Shown here piece after piece: positions 46,739 to 59,579 of a stretch of 64,000 bases of DNA (position 1 is the first letter of the stretch; each line of letters starts with the position of its first letter). This stretch comes from Flectonema sp. DT1601 (taxonomy: Eukaryota), in NCBI GenBank assembly GCA_964019425.1, contig OZ025793.1:1302001-1366000 (forward strand). Reading direction: 5' to 3'. Made by a program: the position numbers and the translations under genes. Below the pieces are notes generated by a model. That model saw nothing but the letters and a program-made list of their open reading frames with translations, was not told the origin of the DNA and searched no databases.

Positions 46739-47815
46739 TTTTTTTTTTTTTTTTTGTTCTTATTTTTGGTTTAGACCGTTGGTTGGCAGCGCATATATTT
46801 CCCTGACCAAGGAAAGCTCGTGCGCACAAGCAAAAAAACTTCTTGTTTTCTACCTTTCTTTTTTTGTTTTGAAATCGATCTCTAACTCATTTTTCAGATG
46901 ACTCTCTAATTAAAAACAACATAAGGTAGTCGACTGTTGGCATCAACTTTGCTTTTCCTCAAAATAGTTTATCTCTTTTGCTGGGTTTGGTGAGCCTCAA
47001 CCATCATAGAGGATGGTGGTGGTGGTTCACAAAATATTTTACTTTTCTTAGATTGGTTTGATTCGATGCTTGTCTTGTCTGTACACGAGAGTCTTGCAGC
47101 GGTATTGTTACTTTATTACTGACTGCTGAGTATCTGTTCTTTTCGAATCTTGGAATATATTGGTGTCGCAGTATCTCTACTACTAACTTTGATCACAGGA
47201 AGTTGTACTGACTGTGATATGAAGATAGCCTGTGAGATTACGTAACTGTTCCTCCTGTGGTGAGGTGATTTTATATAAAGTTGTTAACAAATAGTGTCTC
47301 GAAGATTTCGAGTTTTCCCCTCTTTTTTTTTTTCCTTTTTCTCTTTTTATTCTTTTGATTGAGAAGTTTACTTTTTGTAAATATTTTCTCATTCTCCACA
47401 TCAAAACGAAAGGACTAAAGAACAGTGAGTCTTTTTTAAACAAAAGATTTCCCTTCATTCTTAACGTTAAGCTAGTTTTATAACATGAACCTGTTACGCT
47501 TCCGAATTCAGTTGGAGTCCCACTTTTTCTTTTCTTTTTGATGTGTCATTTCAACTTATTTCACTCCGTCTCTTCGGAGTTGGTACAGTGGCAACACATA
47601 GGGTTCAAGTTAACTCATTGTTTTTTTTTTGAAACATTTTTTGTACTTTGTCATTTTTTTCCCAAATGAGAGCCGAGCGGTTTAGTTTATTCATGGAGCT
47701 GGTTAAGTAGTCGCGGCCGTTTTTGGTGTTGTGGTCAGGTAGAGTTGGGAAATTCTTACATGCACATAATATGTTTTTTAAAAAAAAAAAATAGTATTTT
47801 TTTTCCTCTTCCCCT

Positions 47816-48493
47816 CCCCTGCGCTTCGTGTAATAATGTTCTTATTTTTTCACATTTATTTTAATTTACAGCTGTTTTTCGCTGTTACGGTGGCGTAGGC
47901 AAGAGGTGCTCAACTACGTTCACGTGGCTTCCACCAAAGACACCAGGCAATGTTCAATTGCCTCCTGTTTCATGGTGACAGTACTTTTATTTTTTGTGCA
48001 AAGACTTGCAGTATTCTTCCCAGAAATATCCTTTCGTATCGTATCAAATTTCCCCTGCGCTTCGTGTAATAATGTTCTTATTTTTTCACATTTATTTTAA
48101 TTTACAGCTGTTTTTCACTGTTACGGTAGCGTAGGCAAGAGGTGCTCAACTACGTTCACGTAAAGAAACCAGGCAAATGTTCAATTGCCTCCTGTTTCAT
48201 GGTGACAGTACTTTTATTTTTTGTGCAAAGACTTGCAGTATTCTTCCCAGATAAATCCTTTCGTATCGTATCAAATTTCCCTGCGCTTCGTGTAATAATG
48301 TTCTTATTTTTTCACATTTATTTTAATTTACAGCTGTTTTTCACTTTCCACCAAAGAAACCAGGCAAATGTTCAATTACCTACTGTTTCATGGTGACAGT
48401 ACTTTTATTTTTTGTGCATAGACTTGCAGTATTCTTCCCAGATAAATCTTTTCGTATCGTATCAAATTTCCCCTGCGCTTCGTGTAATAATGT
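47816..48493. repeat. Tandem array of three units plus a partial fourth (periods 236, 226, 192 bp)
   Basis: CCCTGCGCTTCGTGTAATAATGT recurs at ~47817, 48053, 48279 and 48471. Units 2 and 3 carry internal deletions. Confidence 0.95.
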
Positions 48494-51400
48494 CATTTGT
48501 TTGAAAGTTTGAGTATTTCTTTCTTTTTTTTTATTCTCTAATTCCTATTTTCAGGGGTTCGATCTACTGTTTTGTCGTTTTTGAGTATTCAGTGTTATTT
48601 TTTTTAAATTTCTTTTTTTTTTTTTGTATCTTTTTATACTTCCCCCAAAACAAAAAAAAAAAAAAAGAAAAAAGAAAAAACTGGAAAAAAAAAAAAAACT
48701 ATTCCTTTTTCAGAGCAAAAGGATACTATTCTGCGAGAAAAAAAAAAAAAAACATTTTTATTCGTTCAGGTAATAGTAAAAAAAAAAAAGAAAAATTTCA
48801 ATTCCTCGTGCCCTAACCTTTGATTTATCATGCAATATATTATATTATTTTGTTTTGTTTTGTTTTCTTGAGCCGAAAACCGCACAGTGGGTGTCAAAGA
48901 CCCTTCTGTTTTTTTTTTTTCCTTTTTTTTTTTCATTATTTTTTTTCATTCTATAAATTGTATAAAAAAAAAAAAACAGAAAAGTTAATCTCAATTTTAG
49001 TTACCGTATCTATCTTAATCATCTATCTTAATCTAATTAATGAATCTACAGAGACTTTTAGGGACTGCAGTTATCTTGAACGTTCTGTATAACTTTCAGG
49101 TCCGTCTCTCCTCCCCCGGCTTTTAAAAGCTAATTTCTTAATCTATTAATTAGCTGTATCTATACGAATTATTAACAAGATAATAAGAGCAAGTTAAACT
49201 TTTTTTTTTTTTTTTTTCTTGATGTTTATTTTGCTACCTTGTTATTTGCCATTGTGAGGGCGGTGCCTTTTTTTGTTTTCAAAAAAAAAAAAAAAGGTTT
49301 ACCGTTGGATTCTGTTTTTTGAAAACCATATTTGGCATCAAGAGCATCTCACTTTTTTTTTAATGATATAAATTTATTAGTTTTACGCAATATTCGTGAT
49401 GCTGGTTTTTTTTTCTTCTCTTTCTTCTTCTTTTTTCTTGTATAAGAGATAAAAAGGTGTGTTGGTTTCACACCACCCAACGCAAGGAAACGGTAGTCGA
49501 TACCTCCCGTTCTCGTCAGCCTGAGTACGGCTTTCCACTGTTCATATGTCACACTACTATTATAAATGAATTACTTCTCGTTATTCAGAATTTGCGCGTT
49601 GAGGGACGCTTTTTAATTAAATATTTGAAAGGAGAGCTCATTTTTATGAGGCTGTCGAATCAGCCCTCCAAACCTGTCCCTGGGGAACTAAAAGAATTTT
49701 GCCTTGAGGGGCTAACTATGAGATTATTACCTGCAGCATTTTTTTTGTGTTAGAAAAAAAAAAAAAAAAAAAAGGATGAAAAATAAAATCCTGGTCCAAG
49801 TAATGTTTTTTCATTTTTTTTTTTGAAAATGCTTGCTTGTTTTGACCGCTACCGGCAACTAATACGCCTGATTTCGTGGATAGCTTCTTGAATGAATCAC
49901 CGAAATCTCGTAATCAGCCATCGTTCTCAAAGCTTTTCGTTTTGTTCATTTTTTTTTCTTTCTCTTCTTATTTTATTATTCTGTTTTAGCCTGTTTGCAG
50001 TTCCGACATATACATTTAACAACAAAAGATCTTCTGAGGTGTAATTGCTTTTTCTCAAGTTGTGTTGCTATGATGCCTTTTTAGCTTTGGCGACAAGGCT
50101 TGCAGAAATGTCTCGTCATTCTGAGTAATTGCTAGTTGCCTACGCAACTCTAACAACTCCGTGAAAAACGGTAAAAGTAAACAAAAAAAAAAAAAAAAAT
50201 AATAATAACTCTCTCTGCGATTCCTTTTTTATTTCCTTTTTTTTTTTTCAAAAAAAAAAAAAACAATCAACTTTGTTGTCTGGTCATAGTGGAAAAAAAA
50301 AAATGATATCAACACAAAGTGGTTTTGTAGAAATCAAGAAAGTTGGCAGCGTGAATATCTATACGCAGTCATTCAATAAGACGCAAGACTCTTTTTTTAA
50401 GAAGCGAACTCAACACTTCTTTTCTTCATTCAACTTGTGGTAATAAGTTCTCACAGATCGGAAAGATTTTATTTTTCATTAATGCAATAAAAAACGTTGA
50501 TTCCTTTTTATACTTTCTATCGTAGGATTGCGAGTGTGAACTCACAGACTCGTCCATTGTAAGGTTGGTACTCCCAACAGGATTGGTTAGACGATGTGCA
50601 ACACACAAGTGATATTAATAATCGGAAGTAAATCGCGTACACAGTCTGGTAGGCACAATAACGCAAGTACGTCCGCATTTAGTACTTTTTTTTCTTTCTT
50701 GTCATTTATTCTATTATTCTGTCTCTCTCTTCTTGCGGGATTATTTGTTTCCGATTGCTGCATATTGTCACCTTATTGAATTGTCTTCAAGGTGTGATAC
50801 TTTTTGAGTTAAAATAAATAGTTTCACTCACTAATTATTCTCAACGCAGAACAACTTGCTCAAGGGAGCTGTGTTATTGCTGTTGGGTTTCCTGTTAGAT
50901 TGTGTTCTTGTTTTTGGAAAGCAGGCTTCTCGTTGGCTGCTTTCCAAGCATAAGAAGTCTCTGATGGTGAACAGTTAGTGATTAAAAAACTTATCTTTTC
51001 TCTTCTTGCTGAATGTTTCATGGGTGATAAAGTGATCCATTGATGGTCGACCTCTAAGAAATAACAAACAAACAAACTTACTCAAACTCGAGTGGACAGG
51101 ATTCGTCAAATCTGTAAAAGCTTACGTTTTTTGAGTTTAGTTAGTAATCCCTCAACTCTTTTTTTTTTTTCCTCAATTTTCCTTCATCCCCTCTGTTTCT
51201 AAATTTTTCTTATTTTTCGAGTTATAAACTCGTTCTGATAACAACACAAAAAATAAATGAAACGTGGTAGTGGACATCCTCCATTACAAGGCACGCGTTC
51301 TACACAACTACTTTTTGAAAGAATTTTTTTTTTTTTTTTTTTTGTCATTCTAAATAGTGTGTTCATCTGCACTCTTTGAGACTTTTTAGTAACAAAAAAA

Positions 51401-52359
51401 AAACAATAAATCTGTGTCTTCATCAAGGTAGATTTCCAGCGAACCTTTCTCTGACTTCACAAACAAACAAAACAAACGTCGTTCCTTTTTTTTCGTAAAA
51501 CGTGAGCTGAGTAAATTTAAAACGTATTATCAACAGCCATTAGATGACAATGTAGTCGACTGGTACGATTTCTTGGGATTAACGTCCGTTCCGAAGACGT
51601 GAAGGTTGACTTTTTCTTTTTGGGTGATACAAGTCTTTCAGTTCACTCGTACGATTTGTTTCAATTAAGTAGATTAGGTTATGCGTTTTTTTTTTGAGAA
51701 AAATGAAATAAAAAAGAAACAGAAAAATGAGCGAATTTTGCCAAAAGAAAAAAAAAAAAAAAAAATAACTACATGGATTACTATCAGAATGTAGTTTTAC
51801 GCTCTGAGTTTTTGCGAGATTTTATTGGTTGCGTGTTTATAGTGAATTTCTTTCCTTGTCGGTTAGCCTATCCTTTATTCTCATACTTTTCAGCAAGTTA
51901 GTTGAATGGTAGTAATTTATAGCAGAAAACCATTATTTATTTGATGTCCATTGATTTGTTTATTCTGGTGACTTCCCCGCTGTACTAAATCGATAAAATT
52001 TGATTTTTTGTCGTCAAAAAAAAAAAAAAAAAAAAACCTGCAATTTTTATAATGCGGATGTGTTTTTTATTTAAAAAAAAAAAAAAAAAAAATTATATAA
52101 ACCAGGTAGGGTCCATTGTCGCTGTGAGTCACCTGGTGCTCATAATACAGCAGCGTTTGGAAATAATTAAACTAACTATCGCGAAAATAAATTATTTTGT
52201 AGGGATTTTTCTTTTTTTTTTTTATGAAAATTTTTATTGTTCTTTTTCTTTTGTGAGTCCTCATACTTTTTTTTTTTTTTTTTATAGACAAGTATATCGA
52301 ACCACATCCCCCTCCCCATCTTTTTTTAAAATTATCAATTTTGTTTCCAGCAAAGAAGG

Positions 52360-52397
<38 letters not shown>

Positions 52398-55300
52398 CCC
52401 TTTTAGAATGATAACACATATTGTACTGCAATATTTCGTTAGCATTCTCGATTCTATACAGATCATTCTTCTCTTTTATATTTAAAAAAAAAAAAACTTT
52501 TCTTTTTGTCATCCAATTATTTTTTTAAACTTTATACATGAATTAATTCGGTTGTAGGGTGTTGCTTTTATTTTGCTTTGCGTGTTAAATTCTTTCTTGC
52601 GTCACTTGCTCAACAGAAATTCAATAGTGCAAGTTTTCTGTCTACTTACATAAATGGGGAGTTTCTTGTAAGGTTTATTTTCTCTCTTTTTTTTTTCTTC
52701 TTTTGTTTATTTGTTTTTTTTATTGGAAGCACGCCTGTGCTCATAATTTGTTCCCATTATTCCGTTTTTCAGGGAAATTTTGGAAAATTTTGATTTTACA
52801 CCAGTGCGTACAAACAAAAAAAGCCAAACCAATTTTTTTTTTTTTTTTTTTTGAGATAAAGTTGAGAATTATTTAGTGAGGTGCCGAATTCTTTTTTTCA
52901 TTTCGAAAACATGTTTTAAGAGTGAAAGAGAATTGTGGCGGCGTAACGTTAACACCCTTACTTTGTAGGTTTGTTTTCGGTTGCGCACAAGCCTCGTTTT
53001 ATGTACAAAGCTGAAGAACGTTCCCCTCAGCATTCAAATTGTCACAAGACGTAAGGCGCCTGGATCTTTTTCTTTTGCAGCCTACGAAGAAGAAAAGGGC
53101 TTCGTGATAATTTGATTTTGAGTATTTCTTACTCAATTTTTGTTTTGCCTTTCTTGCGAATTCGTTGTTTCTATCAAAATATAATTGTTAGGCGATTATG
53201 GGTCTCACTTTTAGTAGTGGTTTTTCGCGGGACCCTCGCGTTCGAGGAGACCTTCCCATGATACTTGATCCAAGTCAAGTCCTTGGTAGTACTTTTCTCT
53301 CTTTACCATGGCAGAGTGTCGATTTCATTCTTTAGCCGTATCGGCGCCCCTCCCCTCTGACACTGAAAATCACTGCTCCTTACCGTTTTTTTTTTTTTTT
53401 TTTTTTATCTTGCGGAAATTCTTTGTGCTTGCTACGGGTAGCTTTCGTATTAATTTTCCAAAATATTTTTAAGCAATAAACTCGTCCTATAGACTAAGTG
53501 CATCGATGACACACCGTGTATTGGGAAGTGACTCAGCTCTCTGTGATTCTGATGTTTGATATTCTTTAGACCCGCTAACTAACTGATTTTTTCAATTATT
53601 ATTAATGAAAAAAGAAGTAAAAAAAACGTGCCACGAGAAAACCACCAGTTTTGATGGGAAAGTAGTAACTTTCTTTTTTTTTTTTTTTTTTTTTTGTTGA
53701 GATCCATTTTCGGTCAAACTGAATGTTGGCATTTCGATCAAAATCTCTGAAAGATCTTCGTCTTCAGAATTTAAAAAAAGAGAAGATTACATCAGAAAAT
53801 TCTTATTGGCGTTGGACAAGCTCTCAAGACTCTCTTCTGTTAGGAAGGTTTATTTTGTTTTATTTTTTGTTTTACGAAATATTTTAGAACTGAAGGACGT
53901 CTCTACAGAGATCATTCTCATGTCACATAAAAGTGAACTCTTTTAATAAATTATATAATTGTTTTATATCCCCCATCCCTCCTCGCGCATCACCCTTAGT
54001 CACTGTATTTAAAACAAATGCTAACTTATCTTTATGTTTCTATGATACAACAGTTGTGATTTTTACAAAATCGAACATACAACCCCCCTCCTGGATTCAA
54101 TCACCCTTTTCTCCGATAGATCATTTGGTATCGTATTAATATCCCCCCCCCTGGAGTTGATTTCTTATATTGCAACCAGGTTTGGCCGAAGCCTATTCTC
54201 GTTTTTGCCAGTTTCAAGTTGCTTTCCATTTAATATTAGTATCAAGTTACCCCCCCCCTCTTGATTTATTTATCCAAGTTCCCCCTCATCAATCGTTTCT
54301 TATTCTTATGTTTATTCTATTCCAACTCATCTTAATTAGAAAATAGTAGTTGTGTAAGGATAACATAATTATTCACATACTGTGTACAAACACAGTGATT
54401 ATTAAAATGCTGGGATCAAGTTGTTGTTGTAATTACTGATAAACTCTGTGACTTCGCTTTAGACTAGCTTTTATTCAATCATCCAAAAAACAATGAAATC
54501 AGTAGAAGGAAAAAAAAAAAAAAGCAAAAAAAAGGGAATATTGTGTGGTTCACTAGTGATTTCTTTCTTTCTTTTCAACATTCGTAATCTGAACAGCGGC
54601 GAGTTCTCCCCCTTGGAGAAATAAATTAGCGTTATCAGCCGTCTCTAACTACCTGCTTCGTGCAAGCGGTGGGTCTGGGAAGTCACTTACTTCTAGTCGA
54701 TTAATGTCTCTTCTCGCCTGTGAGAGTCCTACGGTTGTGGTACCCCGTGAGCTTCTCCAGGGATTTGACTTCCCGACTTCGATAAACAAATAAATAAAAC
54801 AAACACTGTCCTGTAACCTTTGAGTTTATATACATTTTAGCGCTCTGTTCCTTTTTTTCTATAAAACATCACTTTTGAAGAATTGTTGTAGTATATCTAA
54901 CATTTAAAAAAGATTTCTAAGTCGGAATGGAATTTCCATATCATGTTATGGAATGCCACCTACGGCTACTTTCCATTTTATTTTCCCCCCCTCTCCTTTT
55001 CAGCAACCAATTCGCCATATGTTTGCGTAAGAACCAGGGAAACTTTTTTTTTTTTCTTTTCTTCTTTTCTTTCTTTTCGTGTGTTTTTTAATCAAACACG
55101 CCTCGTGCAAAGTACTTTTGTAAAGTCGTTTGAAGATTATCATACCTTAGCCTCTCTTAGGAACCTAATCTGTTCCTATGCTTTTTCTTTCTCGGTAAAG
55201 TTCCAACTACATAATCTCATTTCGTATTTCGGATACATTTTCACCAGCAAACACGTTGTGAAGCTCTTGTTGATGCTTACTTAAAAAATTGTTTTCTTGA

Positions 55301-58300
55301 AGATATATTGTCCTTCGGTTGTCACTTTCACACCCCGGTTTCCTTGAGAAGTGGTGCAGTAATTGTTGCTTGCGTATCTTGGAGTTGGTAAATTTCGGTT
55401 TTTTTGCAGCCGTTTACTGCTTCTGTTTGCATTGGATTACAATTAGTTGTTCCTCCTTTGGGTCTCAGTAGACTCAGTGATCCATGAACATTCCCCACCA
55501 TTAAATCAGACTTATACATTGTGTGGATATGTATAGTTTTCGTTTTGTTTGAAAACATTTCAGCTTCGTGTGGCTCATTTTTTTATTAGTCATAAGTGGT
55601 AGATTTGTGAAAGGGCGTAAAATGAGTTAATTGAAAAGCACACTTATCGTGTTGACGAAATATTGACACTTTCGTTTTACTAGTCTAGAATAAGAAAAAA
55701 AACAAAGAAAAGAAAACCTAAATTAGTTTTTTTTTTTTGATAACGTTCCGTTGCCATACGTAGAGGACGATTTCTCTGTAGCTAAAAAATAGCTTTGTAA
55801 CTCTTATGTGAGCTGCTTGACTCACAACAATTAATTAACTGCTCCAGTGGTTGACATAAAATAATATTTTGAGTTTAGCAAAAAATATAAGATTGTAGAA
55901 TTGTACTACCAGACGCTAACTATCGATCTCTCTTAAATTTTATTTGTGTTTACCCATTGGTCCCAAGTATTTTTTAAACAAAACTCAGAAACCATCAGTG
56001 TTTGCAAAGCATAATTTCTGTACTTTGAGACTTCATGAAGGAAAAACGTTGTGTGGCGCCGTTGCCAGAAATGGTTTTATATCTCGAAAGCAGCCCGAAT
56101 TGGATACATGTTGCTCGAGGTTATACCATCGTTGTTTAGTTCTTTTTTTTGTATTTTTTTTATTTTTTTTTGCAGAAAGGTGCTTTGTGACTGCTGCAAT
56201 GGAAATTTGCTCAGGATTCTGACTGTGACATCTTTATGCTACTGCCTATCGGAGTTTGGAAAAATGAAGCCGGGTAGCTGAAACTGGCACTTCGAAGTTA
56301 GTTGCAATTTCGTACCGCTAATCGTGTGGTGCAAGTTCCCAGTGTCTGCACTTGTTAGACAGTAGCCATGGGGTTCACTTTTATAGTTCGCCTGTATGCG
56401 AGTCACAGCTTGTTGATGCCTCAGAACACCTGCATCGTGCTAACGTTTGTCCTCTTTAATTAGAATTTCTCGCTCTTTCCGAAATCTATTTCTTCAATTG
56501 TCTCCATGAGCGTAGACAGTGTTTGCTGGTCGGCTTTAGGTGGCTGATCCCTCGTAGTTGACGAATCTTTCGCAAACACTTTTGAAACAGAAACATCACA
56601 TCAATGAAATAAAAGAAACTTACCAAAGGAATGATGCCACATTGTTAGTTGGTAGCCAGCGTTAGTTTGGCACAGCTGACTTTAATCACGAAGATGTTTA
56701 AAAAATCATAATTTATCTTAAACAAGTAAATATATTCATCCCGTTCTGCGTCCATAATATGGGATCGGAACTCGGCTGTCCTCTCCCTCTCCTTTTTTTG
56801 TTCTTACATCCCCTAGTCCTCGTCGAACGAACGAGAAAATGTCAATAAGTGAATAGTCGGAAAAAAACAAAAAAAAAACCATTCTTTTGCTTTTATTTAG
56901 CGTACACCCACTCCGATTTTTCTAAACTGAAAAATTCAAAATATTTCTCTTTTTTTCAGATACGTCCATCACCGATTGCAGCACTACACAAAATAAATCT
57001 TTTCACTATCAGTGTTCTCAGATTTTTCCTTTTTTTTAAAAAAAATTCTTTCTAATTTTCTTTTTTTTCTTTCTAATGTTTTGTCACAGCAGTCAGATTG
57101 CGTGTACTGTCAGAATTAAGCCTACAATATGAACAGGTTCAATTCTGAGACTTTGCATGCTCACAAAGCGAAATAGGGAGATTCTGGTCTCTCGTCCTTG
57201 AGTTTACTTCCAACAGAAGTTATATTTTTTTGGATTTTTTCGTATTTGTCCACCTTGCTGATTGTTTGGGGGTAAAAATAAAAAAAAGATGAAAAAAAAA
57301 AAAAAAAAAAATAAAATAAAATAAATAAAAGAAAGGAAGGGGGGAAAAAAACGAGAAGAATGAATGAACACAAACCGAATATTATCAAGTCTGGCCATCA
57401 AAGAGTCTGACCCAACCTAGCTCCTAATTGAAATCTGTCGAAGATCCTGCTAACTCTTACGTCAAGCAAGTGTTAATTAAATTAGTACAGCAATACAAAA
57501 TAACGAAACCTTTTTAAACAAAAAAACACAACAAAAAAACGTTACTTACTATCACCCGTTTCAATATTTTTGTGTCTTGTCGATGTCATCGGAGTGTTTA
57601 TTAATATATTTGTCTATTTGTCTTGGTTGGTCAGCACCTTGGTTTTTTCTTATAGCCCATCTTTAGTACTAACTGCAACATCAATGCGGTGTCATTTCTA
57701 TATACAGCACAAAACGTTCTCGTGTAATCTGCATCTGCAATACAAGAGATAGAAAAAAAAAATGTTTAAATATAAAATTTTATGTGATAACTTGTAAATT
57801 TTTTTTTTTTAATTCTTTTGGTTTGTGTAAAAAAAAAAACAAATAATATAAAACATAAAATATAGTACTCAAAAAAAAAAAAAAAAAAAAAAAAATCTAA
57901 AATTAATTTTCGTTCGAATTTGGGACATTTTTATGTCAACCTGATTGATGCTTTCATTCTGTTTATCTTTTACTTGATATATTATTGTCGCGGTTGCCTA
58001 ACACAACCTATGCCTGCACAAGGTGTGCGAAGTTTGTGTTTTTATCTAAGCACAGCTTCTACTTAACCCTAGTAAATCAATTCCTTATGTTATGTATAAA
58101 TTCAGGGACTGGGCTTGAAATTTGCTGGGCCAGCAAGTGCTATCAACCGTCGAAAGAAATATCGGGGAAAAGTTCTTTTTAACTATTGTAGTTCTAATCA
58201 ATCACTTTGTCTATTAAAAGCGGTGCTCACCAAGCTTCGAACCCCTATATGGGTACTATGTGAAACTAAAAACACAACTCCTTGCCTCTCTATATTTTCA

Positions 58301-59579
58301 GCCCTCAAAGTCGGTAGAATTCCAACTGAGGGATGGTCCGGGTGGTTTTTAAAGTTGCCATTCCCCTCCCCGCTGACAGTCAAGATTGTCGGAGAAATTG
58401 TTGTTCCTTTTTTAGCTTTTAATAATGCAATATCAAAATTATCCCCCCTGCCCCCCCTTCAGGTTACCAAGATATAATTGTAGTATCAATTTACTTCTTC
58501 TTTTACTTGTCTTTTTTTTTGAAAAAAGGGAAAAAAAAAGAAAAAGAAAACGATACGACCTCCTGAATCTTGGTAATCATTTTAGGTTTTGTGTGTCAAG
58601 CATCCCGAGCTGTAATAAACGAACTACCAACCGACAACATAAATACGATCAAATTCTTACATGTTGATATTCAAACTACTAGTTCATATGAAGCTACAGT
58701 GAGGGGGGTTTCGTAAGAAGATTCATTCTTAGACCGTAGTAGACGTAACCTGACTTTACTTTTTTCTTGTTTGTCACAGCAATTTTCCTTTTCCCAATTC
58801 CCCCTTAAACTACTTTTTTAAAAAAAAGAAAACGTGGTATTCAATATTTAACCCCAACACGTTAACGACCGGTCCCTTCATGTGTCCCAAGTAAAATTTC
58901 TTTTTGAAAAGTCGGTAACAATTCTTATTGTTATTGCATAAGATGCTTTTTGTGTAATTTCTGCTGTTTAGGATGCGAGAGGAAGTATGACTTGAAAGAT
59001 TATTTCTTCCCCCTGATGGGAATATCATTTCTTTTTTTGGAGGGAAGAAAAAAAAAAAAAAACGTTGCTGTTAAAATGATTCAAGAAAAAAAAATTTTAA
59101 TAAAACACAAATGCAGTTCTCAGTTCTGAGTTGTTCTTCTTTTTAATTTCAAAAGGGAGTGGTATCAGTACAACCTGTTGTGTTTTTTTGGGGAATCGTA
59201 TTTTTTTTTTAATTCTTGTCAATCACACCAACAAATCAACAGCGTCACCTGTTCATATTCTATTCCAAGAATCTGTTCAGAAACGCCTTACTTTCCCCCT
59301 ATTTACACACACTGACGATAGCTTTGTGTGATGTGTTGCTCCAATCGGCTGATGGTCCCGTTCTCCTTCTCATTTCCCATTCCTTTTTGTGGGTGTACCT
59401 AGTGAGTGGTATTAGCAGTTGAGATATTTAATTATTGAATTCTTTATATTTTTTGTTTAAAACAGAATCAAAACATATCGTATTCGATTACCTTAACTGA
59501 GTACCCAGCAACTATGAACCTTTTGGGTGGTGGTGATGTTATATTATGTTATTGTTATCTCAATTCACAGAAGGTTAAC

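Larger units (their letters stand above)
40000..59570. other. 19.5-kb non-coding tract rich in A and T homopolymers
   Basis: No ORF over ~120 codons. Many listed ORFs are poly-F/poly-K translations of homopolymer runs, and I saw no recognisable protein or RNA-gene motifs. Confidence 0.8.

Noticed and set aside
47570..47620. GGTTCAA motif suggesting a tRNA T-loop (also GGTTCGA at ~48556)
   Set aside because: No cloverleaf stems or A-box at the proper spacing.
47816..48493. Possible CRISPR-like array
   Set aside because: Units are long and wholly repeated with no unique spacers, in a eukaryotic context without cas genes.
56014..56025. TTTCTGTACTTT matches part of the euglenozoan spliced-leader exon
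   Set aside because: Only 12 nt match; the rest of the SL exon and the donor GT are missing.
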